A stretch of DNA of 64,000 nt, taken from assembly GCA_963792585.1 (NCBI GenBank), contig CAWBWI010000001.1, positions 1,856,001-1,920,000 on the forward strand, written 5' to 3'. Position 1 is the stretch's first letter, and the number at the start of each line of letters is the position of its first letter. Positions 30,150-40,055 of the stretch are shown piece by piece. This stretch comes from Candidatus Eiseniibacteriota bacterium (GTDB lineage Bacteria > Eisenbacteria > RBG-16-71-46 > CAIMUX01 > VGJL01). The notes below the pieces were generated by a model, which was not told the DNA's origin, made no database searches, and saw only the letters and a list, made by a program, of their open reading frames with translations. The position numbers and the translations under genes were made by a program.

Positions 30150-31871
30150 CTATCGGGCAATGACGATCCTCAGGAAGTCCGCAGTGCCCGGCGAGGCGAG
30201 TCGAATGAAGTAAATACCCTGCGCCAGGCCGTCGTTCGTCGGGCTCCACGTTACATCGTAATCACCGGCGGAGTACATCCCTTCCGCCAGGGTATTCACG
30301 AGTCTGCCTCCCACGTCGAACACCTGCAACCAGACCCATGTATCTCGTGGAACCGTCAGTTGAATTACTGCCTTCCCGCTCCTCGGCAACGGGTTGGGGC
30401 CGACTGATACCATGCGGGGTGTCAGCGGAGAAGCTCCGCCCCCTGAATCAACGCTAGCCGATGACTGGAAGTCGTTCATGATCGCTTTGGCCAAGTCGGA
30501 CATCGAGACTGTGCTCACGTCAGCGTTGGCGAGCACACAGGCCGCCATGTTTGCTTCGGGCCTCACAACGAACGCGCTTGCTTGCCCTGGTCGACTTCCT
30601 CCGTGACCAACCTGCGTGACAGGCATCCCAGGCTGCGAGTCGGTGAAGAAGCCGATGCCGTAGTACCGCTCATACGGGCAGTTGGGGAAGCACCCGAGAT
30701 CCGTCGTGGCTCCCCATAGATCCCTAACACCATCCTGTGAGAGCAAGCCACCGGGCCCGCGATAGCTCACCAGAAGCGCCTCGGCGAAATGCGCCAGATC
30801 GATCACGGATGCGATGACGCCTCCCGCCGGATCTCGCGCCTCCGCGGCTGCCTCGTCCAGGTTGTAGATCTGCCAGGTATATCCATCGCCGGGCAAATCC
30901 TCACTGCTATAGAAGTTATCTTCGCACCGTGCATCGGTGAGGCTGACCTGGTTGATGTACGGACCGACGTGCATGACAGCGGTCTGCGAGACCCCAGGGT
31001 TGTCGCCTATCGGCACCCTAGTCGCCCGAAATCCATCGAGCATCGCCGTGCACATTCCTGCCGGGTCAAGAACCTGTGTCTGGAGGATCCGCGCGAAGGT
31101 TTGTCCCGTTCGATTCGCCATGTAGGCTCCCGCGAGTGAGAAGTTGAATGCGGAGTATTGGTACCCGCCACCCAGGTTCCCGTACACCTCACTGTCGTAG
31201 TGCGGTGACACGAGGTCGTCGGGTTCGATCCAGAACTCCGCCAAGTCTCCCGGGTAGCAGAAGAGATGCAACGCGCCATAGTCTGTCTTGAAAGCTCCCC
31301 GATGACTCAATAGTTGGCGAAGAGTGCGCTCACCATTGACATGAACTTGGCTAGCGTCGTCGTCACTGACAAAATCATCCAGCGAAAGTTCCCCATTCTC
31401 TTCCAGGATCTTGGCTGCAACAGCGGTGATGGCCTTGGTGGTCGAGCCGACGCGGTAGAGTCTGTTGACTCCATCCGGATCGTGCACGTACTGACCCCCG
31501 CCAACATACGAGAATGCATCGGCGAAGTGGATCCTGCCATTGATGACGATGGCGAACGCAATATGGGTGGTGAACATGCCGTTGGTGAGGAGCACTTGAA
31601 CGACCCGCTCCCGCGCTTTGCATTGGGGTTGGCGGTCGTTATCTGGGTTTCCATCCATGGGGGCGCAGTAGGACCAATCGAACTCCGGGTCGTATTCGAC
31701 TGTCGGGCATGCGTCGAGAGAATCCGGCATGCCGTCCCTGTCGGTATCCTCAACGGCGCGGAATGAAGAACCCTGACCCGGCGCGCTCTGAGCCTGGACG
31801 GAAGGTGTCGGCATCGCGAGCAAGAAAAGCCCGAGAGTTAACTGAATCGTCCTGTTTTGAAGAGTCACCAC
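30150..31871 (-). CDS. Secreted serine hydrolase (beta-lactamase/PBP family) with a FlgD-like C-terminal domain
   Basis: SxxK (GSTTK), LRQLLSHRG, YQYS, GHGG; N-terminal DTDRDGMPDSLDACP Ca-binding-like motif; PNP...GIYF tail. Confidence 0.85.
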   Translation of the reverse strand: MVTLQNRTIQLTLGLFLLAMPTPSVQAQSAPGQGSSFRAVEDTDRDGMPDSLDACPTVEYDPEFDWSYCAPMDGNPDNDRQPQCKARERVVQVLLTNGMFTTHIAFAIVINGRIHFADAFSYVGGGQYVHDPDGVNRLYRVGSTTKAITAVAAKILEENGELSLDDFVSDDDASQVHVNGERTLRQLLSHRGAFKTDYGALHLFCYPGDLAEFWIEPDDLVSPHYDSEVYGNLGGGYQYSAFNFSLAGAYMANRTGQTFARILQTQVLDPAGMCTAMLDGFRATRVPIGDNPGVSQTAVMHVGPYINQVSLTDARCEDNFYSSEDLPGDGYTWQIYNLDEAAAEARDPAGGVIASVIDLAHFAEALLVSYRGPGGLLSQDGVRDLWGATTDLGCFPNCPYERYYGIGFFTDSQPGMPVTQVGHGGSRPGQASAFVVRPEANMAACVLANADVSTVSMSDLAKAIMNDFQSSASVDSGGGASPLTPRMVSVGPNPLPRSGKAVIQLTVPRDTWVWLQVFDVGGRLVNTLAEGMYSAGDYDVTWSPTNDGLAQGIYFIRLASPGTADFLRIVIAR

Positions 31872-32129
31872 AGAACCTCCGCAAGTTGGCTTGCCTGGTC
31901 CATCTGAGAACCCCACCCATGCCAGGCCCGTCGCCCGGGCGACCCGCCGCCGGGGTCATAGCTTTGCGCAGTCGATGATACTCCGTCTGAACCGGAAAGA
32001 CGAGACTGGTGTCACTCGCTTAGTGCCACTCGCTTGGCCGAACGGTCGAGGACTGGTGTGGTAGTCCGACGCGCTCTATGGTCCCGAGAACCTCGTCCGC
32101 TTTGCCCTAGTCGCATCGCCGTCAACCGG

Positions 32130-32423
32130 GAGAGCGCAGTTTCGTGAACCGTCCTTCCTGGGCATCGCTCATGCTGAGAGCGTCCACCACTGGTCGAGTA
32201 GTGAATGTCCGGGAGAGAGTCTGGCCATGTCACGCGCCCGAATCAGAGGGTTCTCTCCGGTTACGCTCATACAGTTCGCAAACAGAGAATCGGCTCGTGT
32301 AATTCACCCCTGCAACACGTTCGTGTTTCCGCACATGCGAAGAGCCCCGGCGGCATCAACCACCGAGGCTCCGTCAACGACTCTCGCCACGATAAGCTCG
32401 TGGCTTGGATCAGTGGCTCCCCG
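32130..32423. repeat. Dispersed non-coding element B, copy 1 (right end truncated)
   Basis: GCAGTTTCGTGAACCGTCC... homologous to copies at 35360, 45100 and 46839. Confidence 0.75.
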
Positions 32424-32672
32424 CTCCTACCGCGAACCTGCAACCTTGTGATGAACGCTCCGGGCACACCCGGGGCCAGGGACAGAGCGACGCGACACTG
32501 TCGCGCTCGATACAGTTTCCTAGCAGAGAGTTCGCGTCGAGAATTCACCATCGCAACAGGCATGCGTTTCTATGGATAGAACGAACCCCGATGGCGAACG
32601 CGCCAATCACCGCAGACGAGGCGGACCATCGGGCCCGCCTCGTCAGACTCACGCGCTCAGCGTCCTGCCGGA

Positions 32673-33596
32673 CTAGTCGTCGTGGTGCCCGTTGTCGTGA
32701 TCATCGTCATGGCCGTCTTCGTGACCGTCGTCATGGCCGTGCCCATTCGTTGGCATGAACTCCAAGCCATGCGGGTTGCTCAGGGTGATGCCCGCGACTA
32801 AGGTCTCCTCTCCCGTGAGCGGGTCCACACGCCAGAGCGGCGCATTCTCGATGATTTCGGTGACATAGAAGTTTCCATCATCGTCAATCGCCAGTCCCAT
32901 CACGTTCGTCAGATGCTGAAAGGGGGTGACCAACTCGGCCTGGCCGGTCTGCAGGTTGATGCGGAAGAGCTTCCTAAACTTGGCCCCATACATCGTGCCG
33001 TCGGGATGCTGGGCCAGGTCCATGATGTTTCCGGCGGCGCCCGTGATGCCCACCTTCGTGGCCGCGCCGGTATGCAAATCGAACTGGTAGAGGCTGTTCT
33101 GGTCCGGTGTACCCGTGTCCGCATTCACTCCGTAGAGCTCGCCGTGGTGTGAAAAGCCGAGTCCCATGAATTGCTCCGGCGCCAAGTTGACCCCGAAAGG
33201 TGTGAGGTGACCCGTAGCACGGTTCACGCGGGACAGTTGCGGATCGGTAGTGGGGTCATCAAAGCCGTGCGTCACCGTGTAGATCTTGCCTTCAGGACTG
33301 ATAGCAAGGGCAAGGGTATTCCCGTGGTCCCCAAAGACTCCGATCGACGTCACAGTGCCGGCGTCGACATCGATTTTGATCAACTCTCCTGTGGGTCCGA
33401 ATCCGCTCGTCGAATACAGGATGGGTCCGGAGTGACCGTGGTGTTCGCGGAGTGCGGACGAAGTAGCGACATCGGTAGCAGAGTGGAGTCCGGGTCCTGT
33501 TGTGCTCTCGCGCTCGGTCGAGCAGCCACACACTGTGATCAGACAAGCGATCGTCAGGGCCGCGGCGACGCCCACAGGCCTCATGGTCTCTTTCAC
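32673..33596 (-). CDS. Beta-propeller lipoprotein with a His/Asp-rich tail
   Basis: VCGC lipobox; repeated L.F..DG.LY / ID..TG blades; ends GHGHDDGHEDGHDDDHDNGHHDD. Confidence 0.75.
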   Translation of the reverse strand: MKETMRPVGVAAALTIACLITVCGCSTERESTTGPGLHSATDVATSSALREHHGHSGPILYSTSGFGPTGELIKIDVDAGTVTSIGVFGDHGNTLALAISPEGKIYTVTHGFDDPTTDPQLSRVNRATGHLTPFGVNLAPEQFMGLGFSHHGELYGVNADTGTPDQNSLYQFDLHTGAATKVGITGAAGNIMDLAQHPDGTMYGAKFRKLFRINLQTGQAELVTPFQHLTNVMGLAIDDDGNFYVTEIIENAPLWRVDPLTGEETLVAGITLSNPHGLEFMPTNGHGHDDGHEDGHDDDHDNGHHDD

Positions 33597-34079
33597 ATCC
33601 TACCTCCGTGGTTTGGTTTTCGTTCAGCGGCATCGTCACACCCGGTTGTGTTGGCTAGTTTCAGGACCTCTCCACGATCTCCTTTCTATTGGGCTCGTCC
33701 CGGGGGGCTTCAAGATTCCCGAGCGTCGCCACTCCAGGCGAAGTTCCGGATCGGAATCTGCAAACACAAATGCGCCGCAAACCCGCCCCAAGTTCATGGC
33801 CTGCCAACATCGTTCCGTGTTCTAGATTGAATGCTTCGACTCCGCAGACGACAAGAGACTTAGAAGTTAGGTGACCGTCAGCAAAGTTTGGGAGGCTATC
33901 CGCTGCTTGCTCCTAGATCGCCGCGCAACTCGTAGCCACCGGATCACTGGAATCGTGAACGAGCCGCGCCAACCCACAGATTCTGTGGTGCCTGGACCTG
34001 GCCGTCGTCTCCTGGGCGACGGCCCGCAACCGCAGGCGTGCTCAACCCCGCCGTTGCTTCCCCCATTCCGCGACCACAC

Positions 34080-34988
34080 TCAAGCCGTGAAGATCTGACG
34101 GTACTCCGACGCCGTAACGCCAATGATGCGGCGGAATGACTGCCGGAAATGGCTCGCATGGGCAAAACCGGAGTCGCAAGCGATCTGGTCGATCGTTCGG
34201 TCTGTTTGTAGAAGTAGTTCGCAGGCCCGCCGCACTCGACGCATCGTGATGTACGTTCGCATCCGCTCCCCAACCTGCTGTGCGAACAGGTGTGTGAGGT
34301 ACTTCTCGTTCTTCCCCAAGGCGGTGGCAATCTGTACCAGAGTGAGCTCACTGTCAGCGTAATGCTCGTTCAGGTAGTCCAGAATCTGACTGATCAGGGT
34401 CTGGGCCTGAGGTGAATGGTCGTTGATCTGATCTTTGGCCACAGGTGCGTCAGCTCTGTGCAATGCCGGCCAACCTATTCGATTAGCCTGCTGCAGCCGT
34501 TCAACCGAGATCTGCAGATTGTGAACTTCTTCCCGTAGAACAACCACGTAGAGCTCCTGACACGGTCGAGCGATCAGCACCTCTAATAGATAGATGAGCG
34601 AGCGAAAGCGTTTCTTGGGGACTTCCGGACCGGAAACAAGCTTGGCTAGACCGAGTAGTTCGTCACCCAGGAGTATGGGCACGCTCGCGCAACGAAGCCC
34701 GAGTGGACAGATATGCACTCGGCAGGCCTGCATTCTCACTGCAAGCTCTAGGTGCTTTTGCCACTCCGCGTCGCAGGGCGACTTAGGTGAAGTTTCCCGC
34801 AGCAATTTCGCGCATAGGGGATGAACGGGGGGCGACGGCAGGCCGCGGGTTCGCGTATCCGGCGAAGCCGATCCAAGCGTCGTGACGGCGGTGAGACCTG
34901 TCAGTTGTTGAAGACTACGCGCGGCATCGCGGATCAGGCTTGGAAACCTCGCGAATGCGATCGTTCGTTCTACACTGGGGGCGCTCAT
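34080..34988 (-). CDS. AraC family regulator with a PocR-like sensor domain
   Basis: HPLC..L, CPLGLRCASVPI (PocR-like); C-terminal YLTHLF...IACDSGFAHASHFRQSFRR..GVT..EYR. Confidence 0.85.
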   Translation of the reverse strand: MSAPSVERTIAFARFPSLIRDAARSLQQLTGLTAVTTLGSASPDTRTRGLPSPPVHPLCAKLLRETSPKSPCDAEWQKHLELAVRMQACRVHICPLGLRCASVPILLGDELLGLAKLVSGPEVPKKRFRSLIYLLEVLIARPCQELYVVVLREEVHNLQISVERLQQANRIGWPALHRADAPVAKDQINDHSPQAQTLISQILDYLNEHYADSELTLVQIATALGKNEKYLTHLFAQQVGERMRTYITMRRVRRACELLLQTDRTIDQIACDSGFAHASHFRQSFRRIIGVTASEYRQIFTA

Positions 34989-35359
34989 GAGGTAGCTCCT
35001 CTGACAAGATGCCTCGGCAGATGACTCTGGCAAAACAGCGGGAGAAACCGCCGGCGGATTAACCAATCCGTGTTGACTGAAGCAGTTGTTCTCACGGGAG
35101 CCGTGGATCTATTGAATTCAGCCGATCTCGATCGTAGATCGAATACTCGAATCATGAAAGAACAGACACGGGACATTATTGGATTGAATACCTCGCGATC
35201 TTGGCGCGGACGGGTGCGGTGGTTAGTAGGATTCCACTTGACCCTGTCCGCCGTTCACACCTTTGCCCGCGGTGGGGGTAACGTGTGGCTCCATCCCCAG
35301 CGACTCGTGCCGTCCGGCACCCACGCTGGGCATGCCCCGATCCCACCAGCGTCAACCAG

Positions 35360-35684
35360 GAGAACGCAGTTTCGTGAAGCGTCCTCTCTGGTACCCCGGA
35401 GCGAACCGCGTCGTTCACCACTCGGTGTGCAGAGAGAGCACCGGAGAGAGTTTCGTCCTCTTGGTCACCAGAAACGGAGGGTTCTCTCCGGTCGCGCTCG
35501 ATATAGTTCGCAAACAGAGAGTCTGCACGACGGAGGCACACGCGCAACACGCACGCGTTTCTGCGGATATCGACGAGCCCCGATGGCATCGACCACCGAG
35601 GCTCCGTTCACCACTCTCTGCCGCTTGCGTTCGTGGCTTGGATCACTGGATCCCCGGAGAGGACGGTCTACGAACGGTTCTCTC
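35360..35684. repeat. Dispersed non-coding element B, copy 2 (complete, imperfect TIRs)
   Basis: Left GAGAACGCAGTTTCGTGAAGCGTCCTCTCTGG; right CCGGAGAGGACGGTCTACGAACGGTTCTC. Confidence 0.8.
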
Positions 35685-35704
35685 AATTTGAGTAGCCAAG
35701 GCCC

Positions 35705-36012
35705 TCTCCCCGGTGCAACCGGATGACGGTCTCGGGTTGAACCATGGTCAGCGACTCCCGCCAACCGACCCAGAACCGGGACAACAGCACCCAGAGGAGG
35801 CGATCTAGCCTCCCGAGGCGCGGTCTCTTGGCTGTTGGTTGAAGGACCGCAAGTTGGTGCCGGAGGGCAAGGTTCTCCATGGCAAGGGCACGCTGCGACT
35901 GAAGGACGGCAATCAGGGTGCGTATGATGGTGAGGAGCATGCCAGGGAGCCTATCGTCAGACTGAGGCTAACTGCAAGCCGCGCAACGCGGACGGAGTTT
36001 TCAGAAGCCACA
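35705..36012 (-). mobile_element. IS remnant: left end plus transposase 5' fragment
   Basis: MLLTIIRTLIAVLQSQRALAMENLALRHQL...VQPETVIR then breaks; end GGACGGAGTTTTCAGAAGCCACA. Confidence 0.85.
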
Positions 36013-36051
36013 AGAGGCGGTTGGCTGCGGGATCAAACGGAGAGTCCTCTC

Positions 36052-37722
36052 CTACTCCACCCGCTTTGCCGGCGGCGCGGCTTCCCCCTGGAAGAGCGTC
36101 AGCACCGAGGCGCGCCCGTCATCGCCTATCGCGAACTCGATCTGCGCGTCGACTACCTTGAAGAAGAACCTTGTCTCCGACTCGGCGAAGGCCTCGGCAC
36201 GTCCCTGTCCCGTCGCCTGCAAGAAGAGCTGCGCCCCCTCGCGTGTGATCGTGAACCGGAAGCCAGGCTCAAGCTCGTAAACGCCGAGCAGCCTGTCGAG
36301 CTTCTCCGCGGCGAGCGTAATCTCTTTGCGCCTGGCGGGGGCATCCGCAACGCGCTTCCCCGTCTGCGCGGGCTGCCCGCGTGTGATGAAAGCGGCCGAT
36401 TCGATCGCGCCCGATGGCGCTATCCTGAACTTGAGCCGAGAGAACGCCTTGTCGTAGACGAACTCGTCCTTCGCGACGGGAATGAGCGCGAACGGCGGCC
36501 CGCCCTCTTGCTGGGCGCTGAGATTCCCGTCCTCGAACCTCACCGTACGCTTCACGCCGTCGAAGGCGTAGATGCCGGTGACCTGCCTCATCGCATCGTC
36601 TGACAGCGCTACCGGAGTCACGCTCCAGCTCTGCCCCAGCGCCTCGAGCGCGAGTCGCATTGTGATGTATTTCAGGGTGTACAACATGTCGTTCCCCGAG
36701 CTGAGTGCGTTGTGTAGAACCCCGACGAACAGCTTCTTCTCGGGAACGAGCACGCCGTGGCTCCTGAAGCCAGTGATTCCGCCGCCATGCGCGACGAAGT
36801 GCACTCCGTCTTCATCGCTCACATACCAGCCGTACCCGTAGCCGGTCGGCATGCCGTCCTTCGTCCTGGACTCGGTCCACGCGCGAGCGACGAGCGCCTT
36901 GTCGATCACCTTGCCCGCGACGAGGAGCTCGTTCCACCTTGCGAGGTCGTCGACGTTCGTCTCGATCGAGCCCGCGGCGTAGGGATAGGTCATGTTCATG
37001 TAGCCGGCGTTCCGAAGGACATTGTCGGTGCCGATCGCGTAGCCCTTCACCCGCCCCACCACGATCTGGCTCTCATCTTCAACAAAGGTGTTCTTCAGGC
37101 CGAGAGGAGTGAAGAGCTTCGTCTGCATGTAGTCTGCGTACTTCATTCCGCTGACCTTCTCGATGATGATGCCCAGGAACAGGTAGCCGCTGTTGCTGTA
37201 CATCCAACTCTCGCCGGGCGCGAAGGCGGGCTTTTCGTTCCGAATGCCCTCGACCAGTTGCATTGGCGTCTTGTCTTCACGAGCGCCCACCAGAGCGCTC
37301 GGCACGTCGTTGTAGCTCCTGATCCCCGACGTGTGCGTGAGCAACTGCTCGACGGTGATCGCCTGAGCCCCCGGAAAGTCGGGCACGTACTTCGACAGCG
37401 GATCGTCGAGCTTCACCTTTCCTTCCTGCACCAGCTGGAGGATTGCGACGGCGGTGAACTGCTTGCCCATCGATCCGAGGCGGAAGACCATCTCAGGCCT
37501 CACCGACACCCCGAGCTCGAGGTCGGCCATGCCGTAGCCCTTCCGCAGCAGCGTTTCGCCATCCTGCACGACGATGACGGAGGCGCCGGGCCCGTCCTTC
37601 GCAAAAGCTTCGGCGGCGATCGCGTCGAGCCTCTCGGGAAGCGTAGCTGCGCTCGCCATGCTTGGCGGCGACAACGTGACGAGTACCAATAGAGCTGCGA
37701 CTGAAGCGCCGACTCGCGTCAT
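36052..37722 (-). CDS. Serine hydrolase (AmpC/beta-lactamase family) with C-terminal DUF3471-like domains
   Basis: FRLGSMGKQFTA, LLTHTSG, YSNSGY, HGGGITG. Confidence 0.9.
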   Translation of the reverse strand: MTRVGASVAALLVLVTLSPPSMASAATLPERLDAIAAEAFAKDGPGASVIVVQDGETLLRKGYGMADLELGVSVRPEMVFRLGSMGKQFTAVAILQLVQEGKVKLDDPLSKYVPDFPGAQAITVEQLLTHTSGIRSYNDVPSALVGAREDKTPMQLVEGIRNEKPAFAPGESWMYSNSGYLFLGIIIEKVSGMKYADYMQTKLFTPLGLKNTFVEDESQIVVGRVKGYAIGTDNVLRNAGYMNMTYPYAAGSIETNVDDLARWNELLVAGKVIDKALVARAWTESRTKDGMPTGYGYGWYVSDEDGVHFVAHGGGITGFRSHGVLVPEKKLFVGVLHNALSSGNDMLYTLKYITMRLALEALGQSWSVTPVALSDDAMRQVTGIYAFDGVKRTVRFEDGNLSAQQEGGPPFALIPVAKDEFVYDKAFSRLKFRIAPSGAIESAAFITRGQPAQTGKRVADAPARRKEITLAAEKLDRLLGVYELEPGFRFTITREGAQLFLQATGQGRAEAFAESETRFFFKVVDAQIEFAIGDDGRASVLTLFQGEAAPPAKRVE

Positions 37723-37896
37723 GATTCCTCCAGACTGGCGAATACCGGTGGCCGAGGTGTGCGCTCTGGAGAGAGTTCGTCACCCTCCAGCCACAGACGC
37801 AGCGTGACAGGGTGGCCGGGCACGAGGAAGCGGCTTGCGATGAACGACGGCATTTCGCCGGCGAAACACGGCCTGGGCGGACGAACGGGGAGCTGC

Positions 37897-38688
37897 CTAC
37901 ATCTGGCGGAACAGGTGGAGATAGCTGCGGCTGACTGGCAGCACCTCCTTGCGGCCCTTCAGGTGAATGTCGGCCGTTTCGTTGTCACCGCGTGATATAT
38001 GGCTGATGGCCCGCAGATTGACTACGACCGATCGATGCACCTGCGCGAACTGCGCGGGATCGAGCTGGGCAAGCAATTCCTTCAGCGCGATGCGGACGAG
38101 CGCTTCGCCTGGCCGACCGGCATCGTCGCGCCAGGCGACGCGCGTGTACTTCGTGTCGGCCCGCAGGTAGTCGACATTCGCGACCGGAATCAGACGCAGG
38201 GTCTGTCCGTCCTGCGCTCGGATCCAGCGCAGCCGTCCCGGAGCCGCGCCGCTCTGCAGCTGCGCGATCTGCGCAGAGAGCTGTTGCAGCAGCGCCTCCG
38301 TGTTCAGTGCCGGCTGTGCTGCCTGCAGGCGCTCTTTGAGGCGCGCTACGGTTTCGATTAGACGCGCCTGCTCCACCGGCTTCACTACGTAATCCAGTGC
38401 GCCCTGCGCGAAGGCCTGCACGGCGTAGTGATCGTAGGCGGTGACGAACACCAGATGCGCGCGGCGACCGATCTGGTGCGCCGCCTCGATGCCAGACAGA
38501 CCCGGCATGTGGACGTCGAGAAAGCAGACGTCGGGTCGCAGGACCTCGAATTGCTCGATCGCCTCGCGCCCGTTGCGCGCATGCGCGACCACGTCCAGCT
38601 CGGGCCAGACCAGCAACAGCTGGCGCGCCAAGGCGTCGCGCAGCAGCGGCTCGTCGTCGGCGATGAGCGCGGTTGGGCGTGGGCTCAT
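37897..38688 (-). CDS. LytTR family response regulator
   Basis: ADDE, FLDVHMPGLSG, FVTAYD, KP; QVHRSVVVN...LPVSR. Confidence 0.92.
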   Translation of the reverse strand: MSPRPTALIADDEPLLRDALARQLLLVWPELDVVAHARNGREAIEQFEVLRPDVCFLDVHMPGLSGIEAAHQIGRRAHLVFVTAYDHYAVQAFAQGALDYVVKPVEQARLIETVARLKERLQAAQPALNTEALLQQLSAQIAQLQSGAAPGRLRWIRAQDGQTLRLIPVANVDYLRADTKYTRVAWRDDAGRPGEALVRIALKELLAQLDPAQFAQVHRSVVVNLRAISHISRGDNETADIHLKGRKEVLPVSRSYLHLFRQM

Positions 38689-39704
38689 CCTGTCGCCTCC
38701 CCACATGCCGGGAGATCGACCTCCGCGCAGACGCCACGCGGCCGCTGGCTGGTTACGCGAAGCTGCGCGTCGCCCCCGAAGGTCAGCTGAAGCCGCTCGC
38801 GCAACGTCGAGAGCCCGGTACCGGACCCGTCGCTCGTTTGTAGCAGGCCTGCGCCGGTATCGCTGACGCGCACCACGCAGCGGTCGTCGCGCCGTTGCAC
38901 GTGAATGTCGATCCGGCCACCTTCCTCGCTGGGGTCGATGCCGTGACGCACTGCGTTCTCAACCAGCGTCAGCAGCGTCATCGGCGGACAGCATAGCGTC
39001 AACGATGCCGCCTCATCCACATGCAGCGAGAACTGCAGGCGATCGGGCATGCGCATGTGCATCAGCTCGAGGTACGCCCGGACAAGCTGCAGCTCCTGAC
39101 CGAGCGTGGTGGCCGGCTCGTGCAGGCGCGGCACGGCCGCACGCAGGTAAGCGGTCATGCTCCGCAGCACGGCGGGGGCCTGCGGCGAGCCTGCGTCGAT
39201 CAGGGCCTGCACGTTGGCCAGCGTGTTGAACAGGAAGTGCGGTGCCACCTGCCCCTGCAATAGGCGAAGACGAGCGTCGAGTGCCTGGCGCTCGAGTTCG
39301 CTTCGTTCCAGGGCGAATGCCAGCGCCTGATGGCGAGCGAGCGCATCCTTCTGTCGAACCAGGACCGCCAGGGCGACCCAGGGTGCTACCAGCAGCCCAA
39401 GGTCCTGAAGCTCTCCAAGCGACGGCACTCCGGTGCCATCAGAAAGTGCGCTGAGAACGAGGGTACCTAACGGCATGGCCAGCGCCACACCCATCACCTG
39501 TAAAGCCCAGCGTGCGAACCAGGTAGGCAGCTGCTTCGGCCACTGCTCGAATAGACCGAAAAGCAGCATCGCGATGAGCCCGAGGAGCACCGGTTCGATG
39601 ATCACGGGGAATCCCAAGTGGAAGCTGATCAGCAGGCCTACGACAACCGAACAGGCCAACGTGAACAGCACGCGCCGCCAGCCCAGCATCGAGGGGATAG
39701 GCAT
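38685..39704 (-). CDS. LytS/YehU-type sensor histidine kinase
   Basis: LQGQVAPHFLFNTL, LVENAVRHG, VSDTGAG, GTGL; N-terminal TM segments. Confidence 0.9.
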   Translation of the reverse strand: MPIPSMLGWRRVLFTLACSVVVGLLISFHLGFPVIIEPVLLGLIAMLLFGLFEQWPKQLPTWFARWALQVMGVALAMPLGTLVLSALSDGTGVPSLGELQDLGLLVAPWVALAVLVRQKDALARHQALAFALERSELERQALDARLRLLQGQVAPHFLFNTLANVQALIDAGSPQAPAVLRSMTAYLRAAVPRLHEPATTLGQELQLVRAYLELMHMRMPDRLQFSLHVDEAASLTLCCPPMTLLTLVENAVRHGIDPSEEGGRIDIHVQRRDDRCVVRVSDTGAGLLQTSDGSGTGLSTLRERLQLTFGGDAQLRVTSQRPRGVCAEVDLPACGEATG

Positions 39705-39725
39705 TTCGAAGCACCTTTTCCCAGT

Positions 39726-39850
39726 TGTGGTTCCTACAAACTCCATCTGGCCGAAAAGCGGTCGACGCACCACTAATCCTCTGCCTTCATCTCGCGCACT
39801 TGATGATAGTCGAGGGGCTCTTGGCCGTGCCAGAGCGCTCTTCGTAGCTT
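39726..39850 (-). mobile_element. Isolated IS right end
   Basis: TGTGGTTCCTACAAACTCCATC TIR plus ATCTCGCGCACTTGATGATAGTCGAG. Confidence 0.75.
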
Positions 39851-39862
39851 CGATGGCCCGCC

Positions 39863-40030
39863 TCACCTCGCAATCATCGCCCTCCCCATCGCGCTTCCTT
39901 GCCCCGTCACGACCCGCGCGAAGTACACCCCCGTGGGCAGGTCCCGGCCGTTGTCATCCCGGCCGTCCCAGGACGTCGGGAACGCACCTGCTGCGCGATG
40001 GCCCTCTGAGAGAGCGCATACACCTGCGGT
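39863..40030 (-). pseudogene. Orphan FlgD-like C-terminal domain remnant
   Basis: LSEGHRAAGAFPTSWDGRDDNGRDLPTGVYFARVVTGQGSAMGRAMIAR*, closely similar to the end of the 56642 gene. Confidence 0.8.
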
Positions 40031-40055
40031 TCGCGTGGCCTCTCACTCGAATCCC

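Noticed and set aside
33803..33873. TGCCAAC...GTTAGGT as an attC site
   Set aside because: The interior is not palindromic.
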